From: Candidatus Methylarchaceae archaeon HK01M
Lineage (GTDB): Archaea; Thermoproteota; Nitrososphaeria; Nitrososphaerales; JACAEJ01
Reading direction: 5' to 3'
DNA length: 57,972 nucleotides
Assembly: GCA_024256245.1 (NCBI GenBank)
Contig: JAKLZD010000035.1
Coordinates: 1-57,972, forward strand
Shown: positions 19,442 through 28,859 of the stretch, piece after piece
Position numbering within the stretch: the first letter of the stretch is position 1
Layout of the letters: each line of letters opens with the position of its first letter
Made by a program: the position numbers and the translations under genes
Notes under the pieces: generated by a model
Database searches by the model: none
The model's input: only the letters and a program-made list of their open reading frames with translations
Told to the model about the DNA's origin: nothing

Positions 19442-19609
19442 TTACCTATAAGGCATCCAACTGTACTTCCTTATCTTCGAGTTTTCACCATAACCGCAGT
19501 AGGCGCACCTCTTCTTTCTTATATGATATGAATGCCTTCCACACCTTCTACACCTTATGTGGGTCTTGCCCTTACTACGCCCTCCACGAGAAGTAGTTCC
19601 TTTAACCAT
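19442..19609 (-). CDS. rpl37e: Ribosomal protein L37e
   Basis: My translation gives 55 aa: [55 protein letters not shown], with a C4 zinc ribbon. It is below the size cutoff of the ORF track. Confidence 0.88.
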   Translation of the reverse strand: MVKGTTSRGGRSKGKTHIRCRRCGRHSYHIRKKRCAYCGYGENSKIRKYSWMPYR

Positions 19610-19719
19610 CTTCAGCCCTTTGTTCGATTTGTTTTAATATGAATTTATACATATCGATAGCATATTTTTATAAGTAAAGATCATGAAATAAAAGATAGGA
19701 CCATTAGAGTAAAATCCAC

Positions 19720-20874
19720 TTAACTCAAAGCTACCGCCGCTTGTATTCCTGCAAAGGCATCCCCAAGTCCAGTTAGGATCTTTGGCTCTTCATTCACAAA
19801 TGCAGGGATTAAGCATAAGTTATAGCCATCTACTCTTCTTTTGATGGTCTCGACCTTCGATCTCTGTAATGATCTCACCTTATCTAGATTCTCACTGATG
19901 CCCCCAAAAGTCGATGCTGTAGCAACTCTGCACCCCATCTCCAGGGCCTCCAACTCCTTCTTGACATCGTATCTGGAGATGGAAAAGGCAAAATCTTCAG
20001 CATGGACACAGACCCTTCTTAACCCATAAATTCTGACACCTTCTATAGTAGCATCTATCAAGTCTCTTAGATTTGTAGACTCAGCATCTAGATAAGCCTC
20101 ACACTCATCTTCATTCATCCCCCACGACTCAGAGCAACCACGATCAGAAAATTTCTTCATCGCATACCTGACGGACTCCTCGCTACCTCTACCCAACTCA
20201 AGATGAACTTTCGGTCTTTTTGGGTTGTCTAGGTACTCTATGATCTCATCACTCTTATGCTTATAATCTGGCAGTAGTAGATGGGCGTAACCTATTATCA
20301 GCACATCCGTGAACCTCGAATCTGAAGCTCTTTCTAAAAAATCATAATCGAAGACTCCATTTGATGATGCTACATCCCAAGATAATATATGCCTGCCCGT
20401 TGTAAGAACTCCCCTCCTTGGGTTTCTTCTGAACTCGAAGATTACATGATCGTACTCAGAATCGCCCCCTCTTATCGCCTCTTTTGGTGTCTTGAATCCT
20501 TCTTTGCAAGCTATATTGAATTCAGGAGAAGCTACCATGATCTTACTTGGTCTGCAAGGATAAGATACCAAAGGCTTAAGACCCAACTCGTATAAGGCCC
20601 TTCCCATGTGAAAGCCATTCCCCCCCAAGGCTTTTCTTCTATCTTTGAAGATGGAATCTAAAGCTGAATGAAGACTCTTTGAGATTAGGAACTCTTTGCC
20701 GCCTTTGATGAACGCTCTTTCTAGAGTGTACGATGCCTCCTCTATAGATTTAAGGACGATCCCTTTCGGCCTTCTCTTGGGTGATCTTCTGACCCAGTGC
20801 AACACTTCATCATCAACATTGACGAAGGAGTCCCAGTTCGAATACAATCCTGTTGCTACGTTTTTTGGGAACAT
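19720..20874 (-). CDS. ADP-dependent sugar kinase family protein (glucokinase/phosphofructokinase-like), short form
   Basis: 384 aa with GGNGFHMGRAL, WGMNEDECEAY (the NEDE motif) and a C-terminal LTGLGDAFAGIQAAVAL (ribokinase-superfamily GxGD). Confidence 0.55.
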   Translation of the reverse strand: MFPKNVATGLYSNWDSFVNVDDEVLHWVRRSPKRRPKGIVLKSIEEASYTLERAFIKGGKEFLISKSLHSALDSIFKDRRKALGGNGFHMGRALYELGLKPLVSYPCRPSKIMVASPEFNIACKEGFKTPKEAIRGGDSEYDHVIFEFRRNPRRGVLTTGRHILSWDVASSNGVFDYDFLERASDSRFTDVLIIGYAHLLLPDYKHKSDEIIEYLDNPKRPKVHLELGRGSEESVRYAMKKFSDRGCSESWGMNEDECEAYLDAESTNLRDLIDATIEGVRIYGLRRVCVHAEDFAFSISRYDVKKELEALEMGCRVATASTFGGISENLDKVRSLQRSKVETIKRRVDGYNLCLIPAFVNEEPKILTGLGDAFAGIQAAVALS

Positions 20875-21020
20875 CTTTTGTCGTCTCTTATTTATTCTTA
20901 AAATTTAGCTTTTTAGGTCTAATTTCATTTTAGAGATAAATTATCGAAAATTACACTAACCAACTAACTAGAAAGCGAAACCAAATATGATAATTAAATT
21001 TCAACTATCGAATCCTTGAG

Positions 21021-21614
21021 CTATGCTTTGACGTTGATATACTCGGATTCTCTTTGAAAAACCAACAGATAGTGATACATAAGGTCCTTTGACCTCAAAG
21101 TGGTGAAGCCTCTCTTCTCGAAGAGGCTTTTTACTTGTTCTTTAGAGACCCTGATAGTAACAGGAGGCCCAAAACCTGTATCCTTTTTCTTAAAATCGAC
21201 TATCAGCAACTCTCTATATCGTCTGAGCACCCTTCTCATCTCCTCGACTATTCTTTTCTTGTCACCAAACTCATGAAGAGTGTTAATCGATACTAGGAGG
21301 TCAAGGCTCTCATCTTCAAGGGGAATCCCTTCTTCCTTCGAGAGTAAAGGCTCGATATTCCTTATCTTCAACCTTTGAATCTTTCTCTCAAGAAATTCTA
21401 GCATCTCCTTTTGAATATCTATGCCGTAGACCTTTTTAGCCTTCTGGGAGAGGGGCACGGTGAAAAAACCGCTACCACAGCCAAAATCGGCAACAACGAA
21501 GTTAGACTTGATTTCTACCATTCCTAGAATTTCCTCTGGGTCTTGCCAAATCTTTCTCTCTTCCCTTTCTAAGACGTCTATATTCTTCGGGTCGAAAACG
21601 TGAGATTTCTTCAA
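21021..21614 (-). CDS. Class I SAM-dependent methyltransferase
   Basis: 197 aa with motif I VADFGCGSGFFT and post-I YGIDI. Confidence 0.75.
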   Translation of the reverse strand: MKKSHVFDPKNIDVLEREERKIWQDPEEILGMVEIKSNFVVADFGCGSGFFTVPLSQKAKKVYGIDIQKEMLEFLERKIQRLKIRNIEPLLSKEEGIPLEDESLDLLVSINTLHEFGDKKRIVEEMRRVLRRYRELLIVDFKKKDTGFGPPVTIRVSKEQVKSLFEKRGFTTLRSKDLMYHYLLVFQRESEYINVKA

Positions 21615-21832
21615 ATCGTTACTCTCATTTTTGATCTATTATTAATGAACGTTTCCTTAATGGATATTATTCTAATTAGAAAAAGCATCACTAAAAAATT
21701 GTTAACAAGATACCTAAGTCAATGCTGTTTAATTTCAACTCTATGGTTAATTCTAAAGAATTAGAAAGGTAAGAGAGTATCAAAAAATATTTCTTTTACA
21801 GTCGCCAGAAAGATAGAGGTCTAATCAGGAAG

Positions 21833-22750
21833 ATGCCATCACTTCAGAAAAAAGAGAGCCATCAAAATCTGGAAGACTTCCATAAGAAGGAGCAGAGAGA
21901 CCTAATGATCGCCATCTTAATAACGGGTGGCCTTGTTATAATCGAAATTCTCGGAGGAATCTTGTCCAACAGCTTGGCCTTGTTCAGCGATGCATGGCAC
22001 ATGTTTACAGATACCTCGGCTCTGAGTCTGTGTTTTCTTGCAGGAAAGCTCTCTTTAAGACCTCCAACTTCAGACAAGACCTTCGGTTATTATAGAGTAG
22101 AGATCCTTTCAGCCTTTGTAAACGGAGTGACTTTGGTGTTAGTGGCCTCATACATATTTTATGAGGCAATAAGAAGGTTGTTTTCCCCATCTGAAGTGAT
22201 GGGTTTTGAGATGCTTACCATCGCCTTCATTGGGTTGATTGTAAACTTTGTTTCAATGACTATTTTATCAAAAAGTATGTTGAGTCTGAACGTAAAGGCT
22301 GCCTTTCTTCATGTTTTAGGCGATACTCTGTCTTCCATAGGTGTAGTTACGGCAGGAGTCATCATATTCTTTACCAACTGGTATCTGGTGGACCCTATAA
22401 TGAGCATCATAGTTGGTTCCATCATAGTGTACGGTACGGGAAGGATGCTGAGAGAAGCCCTACACATCCTTCTTGAGGGAGTCCCTTCAAGGATCAGTTT
22501 GAAGGAAGTAGTCGATACTATGAAAAGTATCCCTGGAGTTAGGAGTGTCCATGATGTGCACATATGGAGCATCACTTCATACATACATTACTTGAGTGCC
22601 CATATAGTCCTTAGGAAGGAGGATCTGAGTAACATGGACAAAATCCTAAACGAAACGAAGGAAAGACTTGAAAAAAATTATCAAATAGTACACACAACTC
22701 TCCAAGTAGAACCTGAAGACTACGAGGAGATCGGCGAAGTTCATACATAA
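21833..22750 (+). CDS. Cation diffusion facilitator (CDF) metal efflux transporter
   Basis: 305 aa with six TM segments, SDAWHMFTD and HVLGDTLSS metal-site motifs, and a C-terminal cytoplasmic domain (VHDVHIWS). Confidence 0.82.
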   Translation: MPSLQKKESHQNLEDFHKKEQRDLMIAILITGGLVIIEILGGILSNSLALFSDAWHMFTDTSALSLCFLAGKLSLRPPTSDKTFGYYRVEILSAFVNGVTLVLVASYIFYEAIRRLFSPSEVMGFEMLTIAFIGLIVNFVSMTILSKSMLSLNVKAAFLHVLGDTLSSIGVVTAGVIIFFTNWYLVDPIMSIIVGSIIVYGTGRMLREALHILLEGVPSRISLKEVVDTMKSIPGVRSVHDVHIWSITSYIHYLSAHIVLRKEDLSNMDKILNETKERLEKNYQIVHTTLQVEPEDYEEIGEVHT

Positions 22751-22786
22751 GGAGTATAGGTGCTCTAAAAGGAGGAATGGAATATT

Positions 22787-23206
22787 TTGGAATCTATAAA
22801 TCGCCTCCCATCAATTAAGGCGCTCGAGCGTCGTTTTTTCGAGGAGTTGAATAAGGAGAAGGTAGTCGCTATGTCCATTATAAACGAGTTATGAGCCACT
22901 GATTTTCTCTGGAAACCTGGCACTGGTGAGGATATTCGTAGCCTCAATGACTATAAACAATTCAACAGCGAGGCTTACAGCGTGTTTCCCGAAGGGGACA
23001 AAGTAGCGGTGCGATTTACAACGACTGGCACACACAAAGGCGAGTTTAGGGGGGTTCCCCCTACTACTAATAAGAAGGTGATGGTATGGGGGATCAACAT
23101 CGACCGCATTGCTGGCGAGAAGTTCGTGGAATCATGGGAAAGGTATGATACCTTGGGCTGGATGCAGCAACTCGGTCTTACGCTCACGCCTGAGAAGGGA
23201 AAATAA
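22787..23206 (+). pseudogene. SnoaL-like ester cyclase interrupted by an in-frame TGA (22892-22894)
   Basis: A single frame from TTG 22787 reads ...SIKALERRFFEELNKEKVVAMSIINEL*ATDFLWKPG...GDKVAVRFTTTGTHKGEFRGVPPTTNKKVMVWGINIDRIAGEKFVESWERYDTLGWMQQLG. The family signature is present on both sides of the stop. There is no ATG start. Confidence 0.6.
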
Positions 23207-23285
23207 CCTCTACTTATCGATCAAGTCTTAAATGTAAGGTCGTATTGCGGTTTCAGCTTCTCCCTTCTCTCTATTTTGGACAATT

Positions 23286-23414
23286 TGGTGCGGGGGGTGG
23301 GATTCGAACCCACGAAGGCCTTAGCCAGCAGATCTTGAGTTTAGGCCTTTGCTTTGACTGCCCCCTCTTGCCGTTGCTTTAAATTCAACTTTGACCTGGC
23401 TCGGGGACCCCCGC
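23286..23414 (-). tRNA. tRNA-Leu(CAA) with two predicted non-canonical introns and an encoded CCA
   Basis: Minus-strand read: GCGGGGG TC CCC GAGCCAGGTCAAAG [intron 1, about 23366-23388] GGG G GCAG [intron 2, about 23341-23357] A CTCAAGA TCTGC T GGCTAAGGCC TTC GTGGG TTCGAAT CCCAC CCCCCGC A CCA. After removing both inserts, every stem is perfectly paired and the mature length is 86 nt plus CCA, a class II tRNA. Confidence 0.75.
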
Positions 23415-23446
23415 AGATATGCATACGACCTTCTATGATTAATCTT

Positions 23447-23665
23447 TTACCTTATCAGAAAAGTGGATACCATCAAGACGATTACAATTACCAAGGATAC
23501 CATGAAGATTCTATTCATCCTTTTGTTTCTTTTTTGAATATCCAATTCTTTCTCTCTACACTCATTAGAGCAGTGTTCTTTATTCAAAGGTATAGACCTT
23601 CCACAGACCCTACAGTGCGTATGGGGAGGTATGCGTGACTTTCCTTTAGTGGACAACTTCAGCAA
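23447..23665 (-). CDS. DUF2116-like zinc-ribbon protein with a C-terminal TM helix
   Basis: 72 aa with CRVCGRSIPLNKEHCSNEC, followed by a hydrophobic tail IFMVSLVIVIVLMVSTFLI. Confidence 0.55.
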   Translation of the reverse strand: MLKLSTKGKSRIPPHTHCRVCGRSIPLNKEHCSNECREKELDIQKRNKRMNRIFMVSLVIVIVLMVSTFLIR

Positions 23666-23704
23666 CCTATACCATAGTTAACCTTTTGAACCTTTCTCTG
23701 CAAC

Positions 23705-24379
23705 CTATTGCTCGATTCTCGTACCAACTATCTCGCCTTGAACAGCAAGTCTGACATTTTCGGGTTTGAGACCATTTAATATTATAGTCCTTATGCCAGC
23801 CCTTTTTAGAATCTTTACCGCCTTTGAGTCCATGATACTATGCATGCCTGGCTTATGCTCCATATTTGACATCTTACCCAATTCTTTGAACGTTAAAGAG
23901 TCCAGCTTTTTAGCTTCAGGATAGACCCTTGGATCTTTTACATAGACCCCCTCTTGATCCGTAGCCTTCACAAAAAGATCAGCTTTGATAGTTTCAGCGA
24001 CTAAGGCTGCAACAGAATCTGTTGTAATACCCGGCTTTAATCCGCCCATAAAAGCTATTTTTGAAATCTTCAATAATCTGGTGAGCTGACCTATTGTAGA
24101 TGGGATTGTATCTGGTGCAATTCCTTTAAGCTTCTTAGCTAAAAGTTTGGCATTCAACCTAGATACCAAGATGGCCAATTCGTCCTTATCCTCATCCTTC
24201 AGACCCAGAGTTTCAGCCGACTTTATGTACTGCCTTGAGAGGAGACCCCCACCAACTACAATAGCCAAGGTATGCCCCTTTCCCCAAAGCTCTGAAAATT
24301 GCTCTGCGTACGATCTTAAGATAGAAGGGTCTGGTGGCAAGCCTACAATCGAGCCACCTATCTTAATGACTATCTTCAT
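23705..24379 (-). CDS. pyrH: UMP kinase (archaeal type)
   Basis: 224 aa amino-acid-kinase fold: MKIVIKIGGS, IVVGGG, ITTDSVAALVAE. Confidence 0.85.
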   Translation of the reverse strand: MKIVIKIGGSIVGLPPDPSILRSYAEQFSELWGKGHTLAIVVGGGLLSRQYIKSAETLGLKDEDKDELAILVSRLNAKLLAKKLKGIAPDTIPSTIGQLTRLLKISKIAFMGGLKPGITTDSVAALVAETIKADLFVKATDQEGVYVKDPRVYPEAKKLDSLTFKELGKMSNMEHKPGMHSIMDSKAVKILKRAGIRTIILNGLKPENVRLAVQGEIVGTRIEQ

Positions 24380-24473
24380 CTTTACTGCCCCATAAGTTTT
24401 AAAAATAGCCTTAACTTATTTGTTTTATCCACTTTAAAGTGGCAACAGTTAATTTATCGATATGAGCTAAGAG

Positions 24474-25745
24474 TTGATGCATATGAGTTCTCAAGCCGAT
24501 TCAGTAGTGCTTTATAGAATGAGGAAGATATTAGCGGAGCTCTCTACAAAGAAAGGCAGTGGGACTGAGCTAGTATCGTTGTACATCCCGCCAAAGAAAC
24601 CATTACATGATGTCTCAAGTTATTTGAAAGACGAATATGGTAAAGCTTCTTACATAAAATCTGATAGCACTAGAACACACGTTCAAAATGCTTTAGTGAA
24701 GATCATGCAAAGATTGAAACTCTATAAGGAAACTCCTGAAACTGGGCTTGCCATATTTTGTGGTACCATTCCTCCCGGTCCAGATGCTCCACCTGAAAAA
24801 CCTGGTAGTGAGAATTTGGAATTGTATGAAGTGATACCTCCTAAACCTATACCGAGCTATCTATACAGGTGTGATGACCACTTCCATCTCGATATCCTCC
24901 GTGAGATGATAAAGGAGGAGAAGATGATAGGTATAATCTCTATAGATAATAGCGAAGCAGGGTTGGGCATAGTCTCAGGTAGAAAGATCGATGTCGTAGA
25001 TGTAATCACTTCAGGAGTATCGGGGAAGCATAGAGCAGGGGGGCAGTCGGCTAGGAGGTTCGAACGCCTTAGGGAAAGCGAGATCAACGATTATTTTAAG
25101 AGAGTGGCTAGACATGCAAAAAAAATCTTCTTAGGCCAGGATGAGATAAAAGGTTTGATAGTTGGAGGTTCAGGGCCAACTAAAGACTATTTTTTGAAGG
25201 GAGAATACCTAGACTATAGGTTACAAAATAACGTGTTAACAGTCGTAGACACCTCTTATGCTGGGAGGGAAGGTATAAGGGAGACTGTCGAGAAGGCTGA
25301 AGATATCTTGCAAGACCTACGAATAATAGAAGAGAAGGAACTCATCAAGAAGTTCTTGAGCGAAGTCTCTTCTGAGAAGGGGTTGGTAGTTTATGGAATA
25401 GATGAAGTGATAGACTCTTTGAATAAGGGAAACGCACACACAGTACTCGTTTCTGAAGATATAGGTCGAACATACCTTCTGGCAACCTGCAAAAGATGTG
25501 ATGCAATAAAAGAATCAATCGTTACTAAAGAGAACTCGATCTCTGAAAAGCAGAAGTTCGTCTCAGAGGCTTGTTCTTCGTGTAATAGCAATGAAATTGA
25601 AGTGACCGAAAAAGATTTTATCGAACTTTTAGTCGACAAAGCGATTGAGGTGGGAGCAAAGGTAGAGGTTATCTCTTCTAAAAGCGAAGATGGAGTAATA
25701 TTCAAAAGTTTTGGAGGGGTTGGCGCCCTTCTAAGGTACACCTGA
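24474..25745 (+). CDS. prf1: Peptide chain release factor aRF1
   Basis: 423 aa with GGQ (HRAGGQSARRF) and YxCxxxF (YRCDDHF). The NIKS position reads YIKS (24651-24662). The C-terminal domain carries a CxxC...CxxC insert. Confidence 0.9.
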   Translation: MMHMSSQADSVVLYRMRKILAELSTKKGSGTELVSLYIPPKKPLHDVSSYLKDEYGKASYIKSDSTRTHVQNALVKIMQRLKLYKETPETGLAIFCGTIPPGPDAPPEKPGSENLELYEVIPPKPIPSYLYRCDDHFHLDILREMIKEEKMIGIISIDNSEAGLGIVSGRKIDVVDVITSGVSGKHRAGGQSARRFERLRESEINDYFKRVARHAKKIFLGQDEIKGLIVGGSGPTKDYFLKGEYLDYRLQNNVLTVVDTSYAGREGIRETVEKAEDILQDLRIIEEKELIKKFLSEVSSEKGLVVYGIDEVIDSLNKGNAHTVLVSEDIGRTYLLATCKRCDAIKESIVTKENSISEKQKFVSEACSSCNSNEIEVTEKDFIELLVDKAIEVGAKVEVISSKSEDGVIFKSFGGVGALLRYT

Positions 25746-25852
25746 TTGCTCAGGCTTCGATAAAAATAAAATAATAAATATTCATGGTTTTTAGTTCGCC
25801 CTCCAGCTTATATATTTAGGGTCTGTCTCCTGTTCTCGGATACGGTGTCGTT

Positions 25853-28201
25853 ATGAAATTCGTTCCAAAAATAAAGGAAAAGAGATGGCGCCCAAGTGTA
25901 GAGTCGGAAACTTTCGATAGATGGCAGAAGAAGGGCATATTCCATTTTAGGAAGGATGATAAGCGGCCTATATTCAGCATAGATACCCCACCACCTTATG
26001 TTAATACCCCAGTTCACATAGGCCATGCATACACTTACATCTGGATGGATGTGATGGCAAGGTACAGGAGGATGCTGGGGTATAACGTCTTATTCCCTAT
26101 GGGTCTAGACAAGAATGGATTGCCCATAGAGGTTCAGACTGAGAAGGAGTACAAAATTAGGATGAACGATGTATCACGCCAAGAGTTCATAGATAAATGT
26201 AAAAAGTTGCTCAAGAAATACGGGGATATATCACTGGATACTTTCAAAAAGCTTGGTTTAAGTTGTAATTCTTGGGAGATAAAGCACGAATTGGGAGGGA
26301 GGTACGATACAGACGACCCCGAATATAGGAGGCTCACTCAAGAGACTTTCATCCATCTTTGGAAGAAAGGTCTGATTTATGAAGGGATAAAGACGACGAA
26401 CTATTGTCCAGTGTGCAAGACAGCAATATCAGATGCCGAAGTGGATTATAGAGAAGATTACACAACACTGAACTATATCAAATTCAAGTTAAAAGAAAGC
26501 CAAGAAGATGTAGTCATAGCGACCACAAGACCTGAGTTGCTTTGTACATGTAAAGTAGTCCTCTTTAATCCTGAAGATGATAGGTATAAGAGATTGGAGG
26601 GAAAGTATGTCATAGTGCCAATATACAACCATGAAGTCAAGATGATCGCCCATCCCTACGCAAAGCCGGAGTTCGGCACGGGACTTGTAATGATATGCAG
26701 TTATGGGGATTATGGCGATATAAGACTACTTAGAGAGCTTGGTATAAAGCCGACTTACGCCATAGACAAAGATGGTAAGATGAACGAGGTTGCAGGGGGG
26801 TATGACGGCTTGAGCGTTTTAGAAGCAAGAGAAAGGATAGTCAACGACTTAGAAAGTATGAGTTTATTGGTGAAGAAAGAAAGGATAAAGCATAGAGAGC
26901 CCATATGTGAGCGTTCGAAAGACTCTATAGAGTTCATACCTACGAAGGAGATTTATCTTGAACAAGTGGACTATAAGGATGAGATATTGAAGATCGCCGA
27001 TGAAATGAACTTCTATTCTAAAGAAAATAAGCAGATTTTAGTCGACTGGGTCAGCTCCATAAATATGGACTGGGTTTTATCTCGAAGAAGGTATTATGGG
27101 ACCGAGATACCACTCTGGTACTGTAAGAAGTGTGGTAAAGAAATAGTGCCAGCGCCAGGCAGATATTACCAACCTTGGAAGGAGAAGTGCCCAGTAAACA
27201 GATGTCCAAGATGTAATGGTGAGGATTTTATAGGTGAAGAGAGAATCTTCGATACTTGGTTCGACTCCAGCACTTCTGAAGTTTACATCCTAGGCTACAT
27301 ATGGGATAGAGACTATTTTGAGAAAGAATTTCCATGTAGCATGAGGCCCCAAGGAAAGGAGATAGTGAGGAACTGGCTCTACTTCACCATCTTGAAGTCA
27401 TATCATCTATTTGAGAAGAAGCCCTTCGAAAATGTATGGATACATATGCATGTAGTTGATGAGAAGGGGGAGAAGATGAGTAAGAGCAAGGGCAACATAG
27501 TAGACCCACAAGATGTCATCAAGAAATTTGGTTCAGAAGGCTTTAGAATCTGGACCTGCTTAGAGGGGAATATAACAAGAGGAGATATAAGATGCTCACT
27601 CAAGAGGATAGAGGGGCACTCAAAGTTCTTAACAAAACTCTGGAATATAGCAAGGTTCATCTCGATGTTTCCAAAGGAGAGTGCAGAGCCAAAAGATACC
27701 GACAGATGGATCCTTGGAGAACTGTCCAAACTGATAGAGGATGTAAAGAAGAATTATGATGGGTATGAATTTAACGATGTTGCAACAGCGGTCAGAGACT
27801 TCACTTGGAATTTATTCGCATCCAACTATATAGAGATGGTGAAAGGCAGAGCTTATGGTCAGGATTTTTCAGAGAAAGAGCAGAAGGCGGTCTGGTTCAC
27901 TTTACATGAATGCTTAGAGAATATACTTTTGTTGTTGGCTCCGATAATACCTTTCTTTACAGAGCATGTATGGTCTATGCTTTATTGTGGGGCGAGTATT
28001 CATCTCAAGAGCTTTCCAAAGGCTAAATGGGACAAGAGCCTAAATCAATTGACCCAGAAACTTCTCGATTTCAACTCTTCCATCTGGAATGAAAAGAAAG
28101 AAGGGGGGCTATCACTAAAGGACTCGATCAAAGTGGAGGTTCCAGACGATCTTATGATATTTTTCAAGGACTTAAAGGCCATGCACAATATTGTTAAATA
28201 A
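25853..28201 (+). CDS. valS: Class I aminoacyl-tRNA synthetase, most likely valine--tRNA ligase
   Basis: 782 aa with PPPYVNTPVHIGHA (HIGH) and KMSKSKGN (KMSKS), plus an editing-domain insert. The length fits archaeal ValRS better than LeuRS or IleRS. Confidence 0.7.
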   Translation: MKFVPKIKEKRWRPSVESETFDRWQKKGIFHFRKDDKRPIFSIDTPPPYVNTPVHIGHAYTYIWMDVMARYRRMLGYNVLFPMGLDKNGLPIEVQTEKEYKIRMNDVSRQEFIDKCKKLLKKYGDISLDTFKKLGLSCNSWEIKHELGGRYDTDDPEYRRLTQETFIHLWKKGLIYEGIKTTNYCPVCKTAISDAEVDYREDYTTLNYIKFKLKESQEDVVIATTRPELLCTCKVVLFNPEDDRYKRLEGKYVIVPIYNHEVKMIAHPYAKPEFGTGLVMICSYGDYGDIRLLRELGIKPTYAIDKDGKMNEVAGGYDGLSVLEARERIVNDLESMSLLVKKERIKHREPICERSKDSIEFIPTKEIYLEQVDYKDEILKIADEMNFYSKENKQILVDWVSSINMDWVLSRRRYYGTEIPLWYCKKCGKEIVPAPGRYYQPWKEKCPVNRCPRCNGEDFIGEERIFDTWFDSSTSEVYILGYIWDRDYFEKEFPCSMRPQGKEIVRNWLYFTILKSYHLFEKKPFENVWIHMHVVDEKGEKMSKSKGNIVDPQDVIKKFGSEGFRIWTCLEGNITRGDIRCSLKRIEGHSKFLTKLWNIARFISMFPKESAEPKDTDRWILGELSKLIEDVKKNYDGYEFNDVATAVRDFTWNLFASNYIEMVKGRAYGQDFSEKEQKAVWFTLHECLENILLLLAPIIPFFTEHVWSMLYCGASIHLKSFPKAKWDKSLNQLTQKLLDFNSSIWNEKKEGGLSLKDSIKVEVPDDLMIFFKDLKAMHNIVK

Positions 28202-28228
28202 GTTTGAAGAATGTTTAAGTAATGCTTT

Positions 28229-28855
28229 TTGGAGTTTGGAAAGAGCATGTCGTCCCAGATCAAAGCCAGATCCAAAGATAAGAGTAAAACTCCAGTAGAA
28301 AGTAGGAAGAAATCGAATATCGAAGAGAGGCTGGTGTTGGAGAACGAACTTCCTGAAGGCGTTACAGCAAGGTTGGACGAAAATTTACTCACTATTAAAG
28401 GACCTTTAGGTGAATGTAGGAAAGACTTCTCTAAGATAAAGGCTCAGGTTTCATATAAAGAGAATAAGGTAATAGTCCAATCGTTGGGTAAAAAGAAGTT
28501 CGACATCAGCGTTTCTAACACTGTTAGATCGATCGTAAGGAACATGATCAAAGGTGTAACTGAGGGCTTCACCTATAAACTCAAGATGGTCTTTGCCCAC
28601 TTCCCGATTTCTGTCAAGGTGAAGGATAAAAATGTGATAATTGAGAACTTCTACGGGGAGAGGTCTCCACGTATAGCGAAGATAGTGGGCGACTGCAAAG
28701 TAAAGGTTGAGGGGGACGATGTTATCGTGAAAGGTGTCTCTTTGGAGGATGTTGGTCAGACAGCGGCAAATATAGAACAGACAACGAAAGTGAAGAAGAA
28801 AGATCAAAGAGTCTTCCTTGACGGGATATATGTATATGAAAAGCAGAAGGGTTGA
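28229..28855 (+). CDS. rpl6: Ribosomal protein L6 with a Lys/Ser-rich N-terminal extension
   Basis: The core LPEGVTARLDENLLTIKGPLGE...NFYGERSPRIAKI...VKKKDQRVFLDGIYV is L6-like. The start may be the ATG at 28247. Confidence 0.85.
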   Translation: MEFGKSMSSQIKARSKDKSKTPVESRKKSNIEERLVLENELPEGVTARLDENLLTIKGPLGECRKDFSKIKAQVSYKENKVIVQSLGKKKFDISVSNTVRSIVRNMIKGVTEGFTYKLKMVFAHFPISVKVKDKNVIIENFYGERSPRIAKIVGDCKVKVEGDDVIVKGVSLEDVGQTAANIEQTTKVKKKDQRVFLDGIYVYEKQKG

Positions 28856-28859
28856 TGAT

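Noticed and set aside
20985-21745. 10-mer aatttcaact on both sides of the methyltransferase gene (about 20990 and about 21731) as insertion-site duplications
   Set aside because: A 10-bp AT-rich match is expected by chance in AT-rich intergenic DNA, and there is no other mobile-element signature.
22892-22894. Genome-wide TGA reassignment, or selenocysteine or tryptophan recoding, as the explanation for the in-frame TGA
   Set aside because: TGA terminates several well-supported genes here (the GGGPS gene at 3143-3145, and the genes ending at 4743-4745 and 6211-6213). No SECIS-like hairpin was recognised. The missing ATG start and the apparent internal deletion favour a pseudogene.
23354-23638. 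94-aa plus-strand ORF overlapping the tRNA and the DUF2116 gene
   Set aside because: It overlaps a well-folding tRNA gene and the antisense of a zinc-ribbon ORF, and it has no motif.
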